A DNA stretch of 64,000 nucleotides from Candidatus Woesearchaeota archaeon (lineage in GTDB: Archaea; Nanobdellota; Nanobdellia; Woesearchaeales; ARS49), in the NCBI GenBank assembly GCA_037445145.1, contig JBBILB010000005.1, positions 4,820 through 68,819 on the forward strand, written 5' to 3'. The notes beneath the pieces are model-generated. The model worked only from the letters and a program-made list of their open reading frames with translations. It was not told the DNA's origin and did not search any database. This document shows, one piece after another, positions 10,312-19,579 of this stretch. Position 1 is the first letter of the stretch. Each line of letters starts with the position of its first letter. A program made the position numbers and the translations under genes.

Positions 10312-11064
10312 TTAATGTTTTTTTGCACTCATTTGTTTTCGGGTGTGCGCAATTGACCAAATGCTCTCAAAGTAATTCTTAAAACTGGTCGCTGCTTCTT
10401 TGGATTGAATCATAATTATTGTGATGGGTTTCGAATCCCACAAAACAAGGGCAGTGTTTGTGCCGTAAATCCAGATTGACATAGGGCTTGTATTCTTGGT
10501 ATGCATGTAGCGGATGTTGCCAACGCAGTATTTAGAGACAGGCAAATTCAGAGCGCGTTCATCAAGAATTACACGGCATCGCAATTTCAGACGTTTTTTG
10601 CGCAGTTGGGTCTGCTGGTAATACTCAAGGCCAAGATTCTTAATCATTTCATTTCCTTTCCCGAGGAAATAATATTCCTTCTTTGTCTTGTATGCCCACT
10701 CATAAAGTGCATTGAAAAATGATTTGAAGCCCTGTGAACCAAGCAAAATGTCGATTTTTGTATCATTGTGTGTTTTTCTTATGCGCTCCGCCTTCTTAAT
10801 CAATTCTTGTATTGATGCTATTTTTTCTTGGTGGAGGGCAGTCTCTTCATGACATAATTTTTTGAGAGAAAGCACATTGATCGAATAAATGTTCACCCCT
10901 GCGATGTTTTTGAAGCTGACAAATCCTTTTTCCTCCAGCCTGCGAATGGAGTTGTACGCGGTTCCTTTGTGCATCCTCAACCGCTTGATGACTTCGCCGA
11001 GCGAGCATTCTCCAAGTGACAGTATTTCATTAAAGATTGCTTGCTCAGTCCTTGTCAGCCCCAA
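10312..11064 (-). CDS. TrmB-family transcriptional regulator
   Basis: N-terminal wHTH (LTRTEQAIFNEILSLGECSLGEVIKRLRMHKGTAYNSIRRLEEKGFV) plus a C-terminal effector-like domain. Confidence 0.7.
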   Translation of the reverse strand: MGLTRTEQAIFNEILSLGECSLGEVIKRLRMHKGTAYNSIRRLEEKGFVSFKNIAGVNIYSINVLSLKKLCHEETALHQEKIASIQELIKKAERIRKTHNDTKIDILLGSQGFKSFFNALYEWAYKTKKEYYFLGKGNEMIKNLGLEYYQQTQLRKKRLKLRCRVILDERALNLPVSKYCVGNIRYMHTKNTSPMSIWIYGTNTALVLWDSKPITIIMIQSKEAATSFKNYFESIWSIAHTRKQMSAKKH

Positions 11065-11094
11065 TATTTTCTGCGAAAGTCAGGTTAAACCTAA

Positions 11095-11475
11095 ATGGTG
11101 AGAAAAATGAGCGCAAGTTTCGTGATGCGCAATTATTTTGCTAATGAGGCGATGAATTTGATTAAACGCGTGTTGCGCGAGTACCACGTTGGTGTTGGAG
11201 GCCCGAGCATAAGCGAGGCAATGACTGTTGAGGAAACCCCTCTGGGAGAAAGAATTTATTACCAAAGCAGAGGAGGGACGTTTCATAATTGCAATGGTGT
11301 TATTGCTGCAGAACAATTGTCAGGAAGGAACGCAAGAATACTTGTTTGCAATGATAACAGCACATGCGAGAAAAGGAATTGTGATCCTGTCTTGGCGCGC
11401 GAGCTTATGACACACATTGGGGACTATTGCTATGAGAGGGGTTACGTAGTCCCGTCAATGAGCATCGAAGACTAG
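11095..11475 (+). CDS. Hypothetical protein (126 aa)
   Basis: ORF with protein-like composition, divergent from trmB. No family recognised. Confidence 0.45.
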   Translation: MVRKMSASFVMRNYFANEAMNLIKRVLREYHVGVGGPSISEAMTVEETPLGERIYYQSRGGTFHNCNGVIAAEQLSGRNARILVCNDNSTCEKRNCDPVLARELMTHIGDYCYERGYVVPSMSIED

Positions 11476-11753
11476 CCCTCACGCTCCCTAAAATGCTAAC
11501 AATGCTTGGAAAAGAATCATTGGAAAGAAAGCTGTTTTACGGATACATAACGCTAAAAAAAGAAACCCAAGACAGGACAGCTTCCTGGAAGGAGATGGGG
11601 TTGTTGAAGTCATAGGAAGGACTGCAATCATACACTTTGCAAAAAAAGAACGCACGCCACTTGAGATGACGATAAGCCTTGATGATTACGTGTTGCGTGT
11701 TAATCACTTTTGCAGCAATGGTAGAATTGAGCTGTAATCAAGACCAGACGAAA

Positions 11754-11903
11754 ATGAAACCCTGCAAAGCATTGTGCCGCAATGGAACTGTCTGCCTTAA
11801 CAGGGCATTGCCAGGCGGTGAATATTGCTGGCTGCATGATAGGATGATTAATATCAAAAGTGAGGAGGTGAAAATATGTCAATCGATGATACCATTGAAG
11901 TAA
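11754..11903 (+). CDS. Possible small Cys/His-rich (zinc-binding?) protein
   Basis: MKPCKALCRNGTVCLNRALPGGEYCWLHD has a C-x3-C-x4-C...C-x2-H pattern. It overlaps the next ORF by 28 nt and the start is uncertain. Confidence 0.3.
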   Translation: MKPCKALCRNGTVCLNRALPGGEYCWLHDRMINIKSEEVKICQSMIPLK

Positions 11904-12097
11904 TTAAAGGACCTGGGTTTGTACAAATACGAAATTTGAGGACTAATGAATATGCGTGTGTTGAAGTTGATGCGGCTGGTAATTTTTCGAGGGCAACTGG
12001 AGCAGGTTATTTGTTGAGGAAGCTGAATGAGGACTATGGAATCCTTGGTGTGGTTGCAAACCTGAAAAAGGATCTGAACCCGAGAAAGAAGCAGTGA
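11876..12097 (+). CDS. Hypothetical small protein (73 aa)
   Basis: Strong Shine-Dalgarno GAGGAGGTGA ending 5 nt upstream of the ATG. Protein-like composition. Confidence 0.55.
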   Translation: MSIDDTIEVIKGPGFVQIRNLRTNEYACVEVDAAGNFSRATGAGYLLRKLNEDYGILGVVANLKKDLNPRKKQ

Positions 12098-12170
12098 CTG
12101 AAAAATAATCTATCCTTGCATGAGTAAGAAACAAGAAAACCTTAAATAATACCCTGAAAACAGCCATTTC

Positions 12171-13658
12171 ATGGTTGACATTCTGACTGACCGGCGTGGC
12201 TGGAAGGATTTTCCTGTTGAGGCGGTTGTGCTTGGCGTTTTTGAGCCAAAGCCAGATGCTATCCTTACAGAGATTAACAAATTGCTTGATGGCGCCATTG
12301 ACCGCATCATTAAGAAAAAGGGGTTTAATGGTGAATTCGGGCAGGTGCGCCTCATTAACACGCTGAAAAAACTGTCCTGCGAGCATGTTTTGCTTGTTGG
12401 TCTTGGAAAGCGCGATGAGTTTGGTCTTGAGCAGTTGCGCAGGGCTTCTGGGATTGCAGCAAGGGTTCTGAGGGACGATGGGATTTCCACTTTTGCCACA
12501 ACGCTCCACAACATTTCTGCCAAGAAAGCAACATTGAGGGAGCAGGCGCAGGCCGTTGCAGAGGGAACAATTCTTGGCGCTTATCATTTCAGCAAGTTCA
12601 AGACGGTCAACAGGGAAAAAATAAAGGATATCAAGAGTGTTTTTTTGCTTGAGGCTGAAAAGGCGGCAGAGGAGGGCGCAAAGGCAGGGAAAATAATTGC
12701 TGACTGTCAGAATTATGCAAGAGACCTCATAAATGAGCCGGGCTCAAGCATGACTCCTGCAAGACTTGCAGAAGAAGCGCTTTCATTGAAAAAGTTCGGC
12801 GTAAAAGTGGTTGTTTATGACAAGAAAGGGATTGAAAAGCTTGGCTTGAACGGCCTGCTTGCAGTAAGCAGGGGCAGTGCAGAAGAGCCGAGGTTCATAG
12901 TCATTGAGTACAAAAAGGGCAATGGTCCTCTCACGGCAATTGTTGGGAAGGGGCTGACTTTTGATTCAGGGGGCCTGGACCTCAAGCAGCCTCAGTTCAT
13001 GGCTGACATGCATGGCGACATGGCAGGAGGTGCGGCTGTGATTTGCGCAATAAGGGCTCTTGCAATGCTTGGTGTCAGCGCGAATGTTGTTGGCATTGTG
13101 CCCTGCGCAGAGAACATGCCCGGCTGCCATGCATACAAGCCAAACGATGTTGTTGCTGCTTACAATGGGAAAACGATGGAAATTGGCAACACAGACGCAG
13201 AAGGAAGGGTTGTTCTTGCTGATGCCATTGGTTATGCTGAAAAGAATTACAAGCCAAAATACATTATTGACCTTGCCACTTTGACCGGCGCATGCGTTAT
13301 TGCGTTGGGCTATTTCTCAGCAGGACTGATGAGCAGGGATGCTGCCTTGGCAAACAGGCTGAAGCTTGCAGGCGAGGCAAGCGGTGAAATGCTTTGGGAG
13401 CTTCCAATGTGGGATGATTACAGGGAAATCGTTAAGAGCGAGGTTGCTGACGTGAAAAACATTCCCGGAGGCAAGGGTTATGAGGCAGGGCCTATTGCAG
13501 GCGCATGGTTCCTCCAGCATTTTGTTGAAAAGACCCCTTTTGCCCACATTGACATGGCCGGACCTGCATGGAGCATTGAGAGGCGGCATTATTTAGAAAA
13601 AGGCGGAACAGGATTTGGGGTAAGGCTTTTGGTAGAGTTCTTGAAGTCAGTAAGATAA
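12171..13658 (+). CDS. pepA: Leucyl aminopeptidase (M17 family)
   Basis: VGKGLTFDSGGLDLK and NTDAEGRVVLAD M17 active-site motifs. Confidence 0.9.
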   Translation: MVDILTDRRGWKDFPVEAVVLGVFEPKPDAILTEINKLLDGAIDRIIKKKGFNGEFGQVRLINTLKKLSCEHVLLVGLGKRDEFGLEQLRRASGIAARVLRDDGISTFATTLHNISAKKATLREQAQAVAEGTILGAYHFSKFKTVNREKIKDIKSVFLLEAEKAAEEGAKAGKIIADCQNYARDLINEPGSSMTPARLAEEALSLKKFGVKVVVYDKKGIEKLGLNGLLAVSRGSAEEPRFIVIEYKKGNGPLTAIVGKGLTFDSGGLDLKQPQFMADMHGDMAGGAAVICAIRALAMLGVSANVVGIVPCAENMPGCHAYKPNDVVAAYNGKTMEIGNTDAEGRVVLADAIGYAEKNYKPKYIIDLATLTGACVIALGYFSAGLMSRDAALANRLKLAGEASGEMLWELPMWDDYREIVKSEVADVKNIPGGKGYEAGPIAGAWFLQHFVEKTPFAHIDMAGPAWSIERRHYLEKGGTGFGVRLLVEFLKSVR

Positions 13659-13887
13659 AACAAGTAATACTAATAGCGTGAGCGTACCGCTCAAGAGACA
13701 TGATGATATGTCTTGCCATTATTATTAATTCCGACAGTTCGCATTGCCTAAGAGGGTTAGCCATGCTGAGCAAGAGGCCGTCTTTTTGCTGTGCACTTTT
13801 TTTGGGTTATATTCTCCTAATTATGTTTTGCAGTTGTTATGTTCTTGTCGCTATATGTTTATAAATTACAAACATGTTGTTTCCGCC

Positions 13888-14313
13888 ATGTCAGAAAAGA
13901 GGTTTTTCACCCTTGATGAAGCAGAGGATTTGCTTCCGAAGGTGGAAAGGATTCTTTCAAAGCTGCACACGATAAAGGCACAGATAAGCGTGCTTTCAGA
14001 GGATTCCCGCGATCCTGTGCTCTTGTCAGACCCTTTTACAGAGGAGCAGTCTTACAAGTTTGCTTTTGCGCAGGAAATGGTATTCAATAGGGAGCTTCAC
14101 AGGCACATGTGCGCGTTTTTCCGCACGCTTGACAAGCTTGACGAGCTTGGCATTGTGCTTCAGGATATTGACTGCGGGATTGTTGATTTTCCGCACAGGA
14201 TTAATGGCAGGGAGGTTTCGCTTTGCTGGAAGGAAGGCGAGGAAAGAATATCATACTGGCACGGAACAAGCCAGAATGCGGTGAAAAGAAAGCCAATAAT
14301 ATACTTGGGCTGA
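13888..14313 (+). CDS. DUF2203-like hypothetical protein
   Basis: MSEKRFFTLDEAEDLLPKVERIL N-terminus typical of DUF2203. TATA-like GTTTATAAATT about 25 nt upstream. The ORF-track extension to 13744 uses a TTG start and was rejected. Confidence 0.6.
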   Translation: MSEKRFFTLDEAEDLLPKVERILSKLHTIKAQISVLSEDSRDPVLLSDPFTEEQSYKFAFAQEMVFNRELHRHMCAFFRTLDKLDELGIVLQDIDCGIVDFPHRINGREVSLCWKEGEERISYWHGTSQNAVKRKPIIYLG

Positions 14314-14319
14314 TTCTTT

Positions 14320-14622
14320 ATGGCAATGAAACAAAACATAACTGTGAAATCAAGTGACGGCGCAAAAAAGCGGTACAGGATAATATACAACAGGGGCGAG
14401 TGCATTGGCGCCGCCGCCTGCATTGCGGCTTATCCCGACAGGTGGGAGATGGCAGATGACGGCAGGGCAGACCTCAAGGGCGGCAAGAAGAATGATGATA
14501 ATTCTGTTCAGGAATTAGAAATTACAGATGAGGAGTTCAAGCAAATGATGGATGCAGCCCAGGCATGCCCTGTTTCAGTAATCCACATTGAGGATTTAGA
14601 GACCAAAAAGCGTATTATCTGA
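14320..14622 (+). CDS. Ferredoxin-like (divergent single Fe-S cluster) protein
   Basis: CIGAAACIAAYP ... AAQACPVSVIHIE has the Cys spacing of mono-cluster ferredoxins. Confidence 0.55.
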   Translation: MAMKQNITVKSSDGAKKRYRIIYNRGECIGAAACIAAYPDRWEMADDGRADLKGGKKNDDNSVQELEITDEEFKQMMDAAQACPVSVIHIEDLETKKRII

Positions 14623-14687
14623 TTTTATCGTCACAAACATTTAAATACCAAATAACCAAGAATCCTGTTATAAAAGAGGTGTTTGTT

Positions 14688-16445
14688 ATGAAGCTTGCCG
14701 TGCCTTTTGAAATCAGAATTTTTCTTGTTGTGGTGATTGTTGGCATAATATCTGTGCTAGTAATTCTTGACACTCCAGAGCAAGAAGTTGCTTATGCTCA
14801 GATGCAAGAATATGCACAAATACGGACAACATCGCAGGTTGTTCAAGGATTGCAGCAGCCGGGCGAGCCGACAAACACTCTGGTGATTACCGGAATTGAC
14901 ATTGGGCAGGCAATCGGCTACAAGTCTCCAAGCATTACGGGAAACGAGTTTGCGTGCATGGCAGACAGGAAAATCACGACAAATGCAGGCAGGACAACAG
15001 TCAGGTACACGCTGTTGCTGCGCGACCCGACAGCAGGCGGCTTCAACGGGTGCTATATTGACTTTACCAAGAATGAGCAGGACGTCCAGGGGCTTTACAT
15101 GCACTGCCCGTCAAGCGAGGACATGCTTGCGTTCATCATAGAGTTTGAATCAGGACTCAGGAGCGAGGTTGAAAACGGCAGGCTTGAGGACTTGGAGGAA
15201 AAGGATTTGCCAATGCTTGGGGCAACATACACGATTGTGAGGGCAGAGGTAAACACAGACGACAAGACTGTTGAGTTGCGTCTTATGGGCCCGACAGGCA
15301 CGATTGACATGCGCGACCAGTATGATGACAATGAATTCAGCCATGACATAAAAGCAAACGGCAAGAATATAATGGAGGGAAGGGTGAAGATTGTTGCGGC
15401 ATATGACTGCCGCGAATTAAGCATCAGCAGGATAGAATACCGCTTCACCCCGATTGCTGTCGCGAGCGGCGACGTCTATGTTGGCGACCATCAGGGCACA
15501 AAGCAGCATTTGCGAACCCCTGAGGGGTTCTTTGGCGACTTTGACATCTTGTTTCGCGGGCTTCAGGGCAGCCTGCCAAAGACAGTGACGCCGCCGAAGA
15601 AGGCGTCTTCAGACCTTGAGACAAGCAACACAATCAAGTTTGATTCGTCAGGCGGCAACAAGTACAACATGAAGTTCACGAACAACAGGGGCCAGTATTA
15701 TAAGTTCCCGCTCGTTTATGACGCGGGAGGGCTCAAGTGGGGTGATGCGGCCAAGAACTTTGAGTTCATGGGAGGCCCGATACTGCCCCATGATTTGTTT
15801 GCTGTAACGAACGGCAACAACAAGCGCAGCATAACAAACATTGCAGAATACACCCTTATCAACATTGATGAGGGCAAGGTTTACATCAGAGACCTTGGAG
15901 GAAAAGAAGTTGCTGCGCCTTATGATGCTGCAGGCAATGGCGATGTGACTCTTGGAGGTAACCATTACAGGTTTACAGTCGTGCTTGCCCCGCCATATCC
16001 CTTGTTTATTGATCACGACGGCAATGGCGCAGTGGGCGGAACAGCAAACATTGTTACTGCAGGAGGCGCAAGGGTGATACTCAATCCCGGCTTTACGGGG
16101 CAGTTGTTCATTGACCCGTCCCTGTTTGCAGAAGGCGGTGGCCCTGAAGTCATCAGTTTTGCATTCAGCCCTGGCATCAATGTTGACATCACAGGCGGCG
16201 TGCAGATGCTTTACAATGATGCAACTGACATGTATGAGGGATTGTCAGGTTTTGGCATTTTTGTTCAGCAGACTGCGAGGAGGGACACAGGGCGCGACCT
16301 CACGTTCAACCTGCCCGGAGCACAGCTTGGCGCAAAGGCCAAGGTTGCAGCACCTGTCCCGAGCGTTGGCGGACAGGCGCAGGGCGAGGTGCTTGTGACG
16401 TGCGAACGGTCTGAATTCGTCAAGAAAGCCCAGGCAGCACAATAA
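14688..16445 (+). CDS. Membrane-anchored/secreted cell-surface protein (possible S-layer-like)
   Basis: ATG preceded by AGAGGTG. N-terminal hydrophobic anchor (IRIFLVVVIVGIISVLVIL), then about 550 aa of beta-rich, Gly/Thr/Asp-rich sequence. No family recognised. Confidence 0.65.
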   Translation: MKLAVPFEIRIFLVVVIVGIISVLVILDTPEQEVAYAQMQEYAQIRTTSQVVQGLQQPGEPTNTLVITGIDIGQAIGYKSPSITGNEFACMADRKITTNAGRTTVRYTLLLRDPTAGGFNGCYIDFTKNEQDVQGLYMHCPSSEDMLAFIIEFESGLRSEVENGRLEDLEEKDLPMLGATYTIVRAEVNTDDKTVELRLMGPTGTIDMRDQYDDNEFSHDIKANGKNIMEGRVKIVAAYDCRELSISRIEYRFTPIAVASGDVYVGDHQGTKQHLRTPEGFFGDFDILFRGLQGSLPKTVTPPKKASSDLETSNTIKFDSSGGNKYNMKFTNNRGQYYKFPLVYDAGGLKWGDAAKNFEFMGGPILPHDLFAVTNGNNKRSITNIAEYTLINIDEGKVYIRDLGGKEVAAPYDAAGNGDVTLGGNHYRFTVVLAPPYPLFIDHDGNGAVGGTANIVTAGGARVILNPGFTGQLFIDPSLFAEGGGPEVISFAFSPGINVDITGGVQMLYNDATDMYEGLSGFGIFVQQTARRDTGRDLTFNLPGAQLGAKAKVAAPVPSVGGQAQGEVLVTCERSEFVKKAQAAQ

Positions 16446-16452
16446 TTTTTTT

Positions 16453-16824
16453 TTATTCGATTTGAATTATCCTGTGCCTTATCCTCTTGTTGCCCTCGCT
16501 GTCTGTTATGGTCATTCTGATTGCGTACTCGCCTGCTTCTGTATTCCACGGTAGCAGGATTGCGCGGTCAATGTGCTCGTTCCTTAATGCCTGCGAATAA
16601 GGCCCTTTGCTTTCCCTTACTGCAAGCTCTGGAATTGTGAAAACGACCTTTATTTCACCACTTTGCACTTCTGAGACATCAAGGTCAACATTGTTTTCAA
16701 CAAGTTCGTAGAACGGCTCATCGTCATAAACATTCCAGTGCTCGACAATGACAAAGGCGCTTGCGCAGGAAACCGCGAGCAATGCAATTATTAAGACAGC
16801 CAACCGCTTCATCACTTTTTGCAA
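16453..16824 (-). CDS. Small secreted beta-sandwich-like protein
   Basis: Signal peptide MQKVMKRLAVLIIALLAVSCASA. Convergent with the surface-protein gene. Confidence 0.6.
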   Translation of the reverse strand: MQKVMKRLAVLIIALLAVSCASAFVIVEHWNVYDDEPFYELVENNVDLDVSEVQSGEIKVVFTIPELAVRESKGPYSQALRNEHIDRAILLPWNTEAGEYAIRMTITDSEGNKRIRHRIIQIE

Positions 16825-16867
16825 ATGGGAACAGGATTTTTAAAGATTGTTATACTCTGCAACTGAT

Positions 16868-17578
16868 ATGGAGCTTTATCCCGGCATTGAAATCATTGAT
16901 CTTGCCTTGTACCTGAAGGACTCTTGCGCTCTTGTGCTGTCTGACCTGCACATCGGGTTTGAGGAGTCACTGATGAAGCAGGGCGTGCTTGTTCCAAGGT
17001 TTCATTACACGGACATAATTGACCGCCTTGAGCAGGTCTTCTCCAGAGTAAAGCCAAAAGGGATTGTCCTCAATGGCGACCTGAAGCACGAATTCGGAGC
17101 TGCTTCAAGGCAGGAATGGAAGGAAACAATGCGGTTATTTGACTATTTGCAGAGAAAGTGCGGGAAGATTGTGATTGTGAAGGGCAACCACGACCCTGCC
17201 TTAGGACCATTGGCGAACAAAAAAGGAATACATGTTGTCAGTGAGCTTAAGCTCGGCAATATCCTGATTGCGCACGGTGATTCAATGCCAAAAACAAAGG
17301 ATGCAGAAGTTGTTGTTGTCGGGCATATTCATCCTGCTGTTTCCCTGCGGGACAATGGGCGGGTTGAGAAATACAAGTGCTTCCTGAAAGGCAGGTACAA
17401 CAATAGCATCCTGATAGTTCAGCCGAGCTTTCATCCAAGCGTGGAAGGAAGCGATGTAACAAAGGAAAAAATCAAGTGCCCTCTTGTTTCTGACTTTGGT
17501 GATTTTGATGTCTTTGTCATTGATGACGCAAGAAAGAAAGCGCTTGGGTTTGGAAAAGTAAATGACCTGCCTCAGTGA
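16868..17578 (+). CDS. Metallophosphoesterase (calcineurin-like)
   Basis: SDLHIG, NGDLKHEF, KGNHD and GHIHP metal-binding motifs in canonical order. Confidence 0.8.
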   Translation: MELYPGIEIIDLALYLKDSCALVLSDLHIGFEESLMKQGVLVPRFHYTDIIDRLEQVFSRVKPKGIVLNGDLKHEFGAASRQEWKETMRLFDYLQRKCGKIVIVKGNHDPALGPLANKKGIHVVSELKLGNILIAHGDSMPKTKDAEVVVVGHIHPAVSLRDNGRVEKYKCFLKGRYNNSILIVQPSFHPSVEGSDVTKEKIKCPLVSDFGDFDVFVIDDARKKALGFGKVNDLPQ

Positions 17579-17739
17579 ATAAAGCGCCCGTCTGCGTCTA
17601 TTGGCTCGTTTGGCTCTGTGTTGAACCAGTATGTGTTTACTTCTGCAAAGCATTCTCTGCAGTGCGGGCAGAAGCTCCGCGAGATTCCTGTCACGAACTT
17701 CTTGCAGTGCGGGCAGTATGTCGGATAAACATGCGTCAT
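17572..17739 (-). CDS. Zinc-ribbon small protein (55 aa)
   Basis: CPHC...CPHC pair (YCPHCKKFVTGISRSFCPHCRECF). TATA-like TTATATAA about 30 nt upstream. Confidence 0.5.
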   Translation of the reverse strand: MTHVYPTYCPHCKKFVTGISRSFCPHCRECFAEVNTYWFNTEPNEPIDADGRFIH

Positions 17740-17898
17740 AACAGCAGTGAGAAAAATGCGACTTATATAACTTCGGTTGGCTACGCCCACAGATACAAAA
17801 CCATATTTGAAGTTCTTCCATTATTGTTTGGTATCTGCGACTGTAAGGAGCCTAATTTGGTGTGGTTATCTCTCAGTGAAGTTTAAAGAATCAGAGGC

Positions 17899-17921
17899 CC
17901 GCCGGTTTTTTATGCCGGCGG
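17899..17921. other. Intergenic GC hairpin (7-bp stem CCGCCGG/CCGGCGG, 9-nt T-rich loop)
   Basis: Perfect inverted repeat 27 nt downstream of the last micro-ORF. A terminator role is possible but there is no trailing U-run on the minus strand. Confidence 0.3.
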
Positions 17922-17947
17922 ACCCGTCGATTCGTGAGTGAAGACCT

Positions 17948-18082
17948 TTACCGGCGGTCAAGCCACGAATAGCGCTCCTCTTCTGTCCCGTGGTCTGCTT
18001 CGCAGTTGCGGTAGATGTACGGGTCGCCAAAGGCGCTTTTCGTTATTGGTTTGCCGCATGAAACGCACACTAGCCTTTTCAT
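17948..18082 (-). CDS. Micro-ORF 3 (44 aa, Cys-containing)
   Basis: MKRLVCVSCGKPITKSAFGDPYIYRNCEADHGTEEERYSWLDRR. Its ATG overlaps the stop of micro-ORF 2 (ATGA). Below the ORF-track size cutoff; translated by hand. Confidence 0.4.
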   Translation of the reverse strand: MKRLVCVSCGKPITKSAFGDPYIYRNCEADHGTEEERYSWLDRR

Positions 18083-18204
18083 GCCTTGTTTTTGGACATT
18101 ATTCTGTCCATGACGTGGTTGAAGTAATCTTTCTTCTCCTGCTGTGAGCGTATGAATGCCTTGATTGACTGTATGTCTGTGATGAAGACGCTGTCTGTTT
18201 CCAT
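18079..18204 (-). CDS. Micro-ORF 2 (41 aa)
   Basis: METDSVFITDIQSIKAFIRSQQEKKDYFNHVMDRIMSKNKA. Its ATG overlaps the stop of the upstream acidic ORF (TGATG). Translated by hand. Confidence 0.35.
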   Translation of the reverse strand: METDSVFITDIQSIKAFIRSQQEKKDYFNHVMDRIMSKNKA

Positions 18205-18398
18205 CAGTAGTCCTCGCCTTCCTTCATCAGCTCGTCCTCAGACGACTCCTCGCCCCTGTGCCAGAGCGTCTGCATCATCTCTTCCTCATCGTCAAAGTCC
18301 TCGTAGTCATCTGTGTCCTTCTCAAGCGGAAGGGAGACGGGCAGTGCTGGCTGGTGGAACAATCTCTGGTGCTCTGCTACCAGTTCTGTTTTTCTCAT
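18204..18398 (-). CDS. Small highly acidic protein (64 aa from the ATG)
   Basis: MRKTELVAEHQ...DDYEDFDDEEEMMQTLWHRGEESSEDELMKEGEDY. GGGGGTG lies 7 nt upstream of the ATG. The ORF-track TTG start is at 18428. Confidence 0.5.
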   Translation of the reverse strand: MRKTELVAEHQRLFHQPALPVSLPLEKDTDDYEDFDDEEEMMQTLWHRGEESSEDELMKEGEDY

Positions 18399-18463
18399 TT
18401 TCACACCCCCTCTACGGGACTTTCCCAATACCTCTTGTCCGGATAATCTCCGGTAATCTTTAT

Positions 18464-18554
18464 ATTGGCCTGAATGGTTTTATATTTTCAGGTTATAATT
18501 TATAATCCTTATATAAAACGTAATTCTTTATAATTCATCGCAATCTTTATATAA
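18464..18554. promoter_or_regulatory. Array of four TATA-box-like repeats in a divergent intergenic region
   Basis: TAATCTTTATAT (18464), TAATCCTTATATA (18503), TAATTCTTTATAA (18521) and CAATCTTTATATAA (18541). The last three are about 19-20 bp apart. Confidence 0.4.
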
Positions 18555-18582
18555 TTCAATCAATTTCTATACATGAATTTAG

Positions 18583-18652
18583 GGGGTTTAAAGGCAGTGA
18601 AAAATTATACAAAGCCTTACAGGCTGCCTGAAAACTTTAAGGGGTTTAAAGG
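18583..18652 (+). repeat. Direct repeat GGGGTTTAAAGG x2 (58-nt spacing) upstream of the AbrB-PhoU gene
   Basis: Identical 12-mers at 18583-18594 and 18641-18652. The second ends 3 nt before the ATG at 18656. Confidence 0.45.
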
Positions 18653-18655
18653 GTT

Positions 18656-19579
18656 ATGAAACGAAAGGTCATCCAAATCGCGGACTCGACGCAGCTGGTC
18701 TCGCTGCCAAGGAAATGGTGCATTGACAATAGCATCAAGAAGGGCGACGAGCTTGAACTTGAGGTTGACAACAAGAAGATTGTCATCACGACCGAGCGCG
18801 CCCCTGAGATTCACAGGATTGAAATCCATGGTAACATCCTTGGCTCGTTCCTGACACGCTACATCCACGGGCTTTACATGCGCGGGATTGACGAAATCAA
18901 GGTGCACATCAAGGACGGCCAGGATCTTGCGCTCATCCAGAAAACGCTGAGAAAGGACGTTGGGTTTGAGGTGGTTGAGCAGGGTGCAAATTACTGCGTC
19001 ATCAAGAACATTTCAGGCGATATTGAGAGCTTTGACCAATTGTTAAAGCGCATCCTGATACTGATGCTCAATATGGCAGACGAGGGGCTTAATCTCATCA
19101 AGGCAAACAAGCTTAATGAGCTTAAGCACCTCCTGACGCTTGAGGAAGCCAACAACCGCTTTACAATCAGCTGCAGGAGATATCTGAATCGCAAGGGCCA
19201 TTCGCTGTTCAAGACAGGTCCGCTTTATTTCATTATTGAGGAGCTTGAGAAGCTTGCCGACGAGTACAAGTATTTCTATAGGCAAATTGCCAGTTCCGGG
19301 ATGAGTCCTGCAGCAAGGACATCAATGGTGCCGCTGTTCGCAAAGGTCAACATGATGCTGCGCCAGCTTGTTGAATGCTTTTACAAGTTTAACCCGCAGA
19401 AACTGGTGGAAATCCACGAGATAAAGGAGACTGTGCTCCAGAACTGGCAGACGCTCCTTTCATCCAGAAGGGCTTCCACAGAGCAGGTTGCCATTGCCCA
19501 TCACCTGCTTACAATCAGCCAGAAGATTGCAAACTTCACTGGGCCGCTGGTTGCGATGCAGGCGGATTCTGCAGTTTGA
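18656..19579 (+). CDS. AbrB/SpoVT-domain plus PhoU-like regulator (archaeal phosphate-uptake-regulator type)
   Basis: N-terminal swapped-hairpin motif (KVIQIADSTQLVSLPRKWCIDNSIKKGDELELEV) followed by helical PhoU-like repeats. Confidence 0.75.
   Translation: MKRKVIQIADSTQLVSLPRKWCIDNSIKKGDELELEVDNKKIVITTERAPEIHRIEIHGNILGSFLTRYIHGLYMRGIDEIKVHIKDGQDLALIQKTLRKDVGFEVVEQGANYCVIKNISGDIESFDQLLKRILILMLNMADEGLNLIKANKLNELKHLLTLEEANNRFTISCRRYLNRKGHSLFKTGPLYFIIEELEKLADEYKYFYRQIASSGMSPAARTSMVPLFAKVNMMLRQLVECFYKFNPQKLVEIHEIKETVLQNWQTLLSSRRASTEQVAIAHHLLTISQKIANFTGPLVAMQADSAV

Noticed and set aside
17282-17821. 179-aa minus-strand ORF
   Set aside because: It overlaps the 3' half of the metallophosphoesterase gene in antisense. 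Only its distal zinc-ribbon-containing part in another frame (17572..17739) looks genuine.
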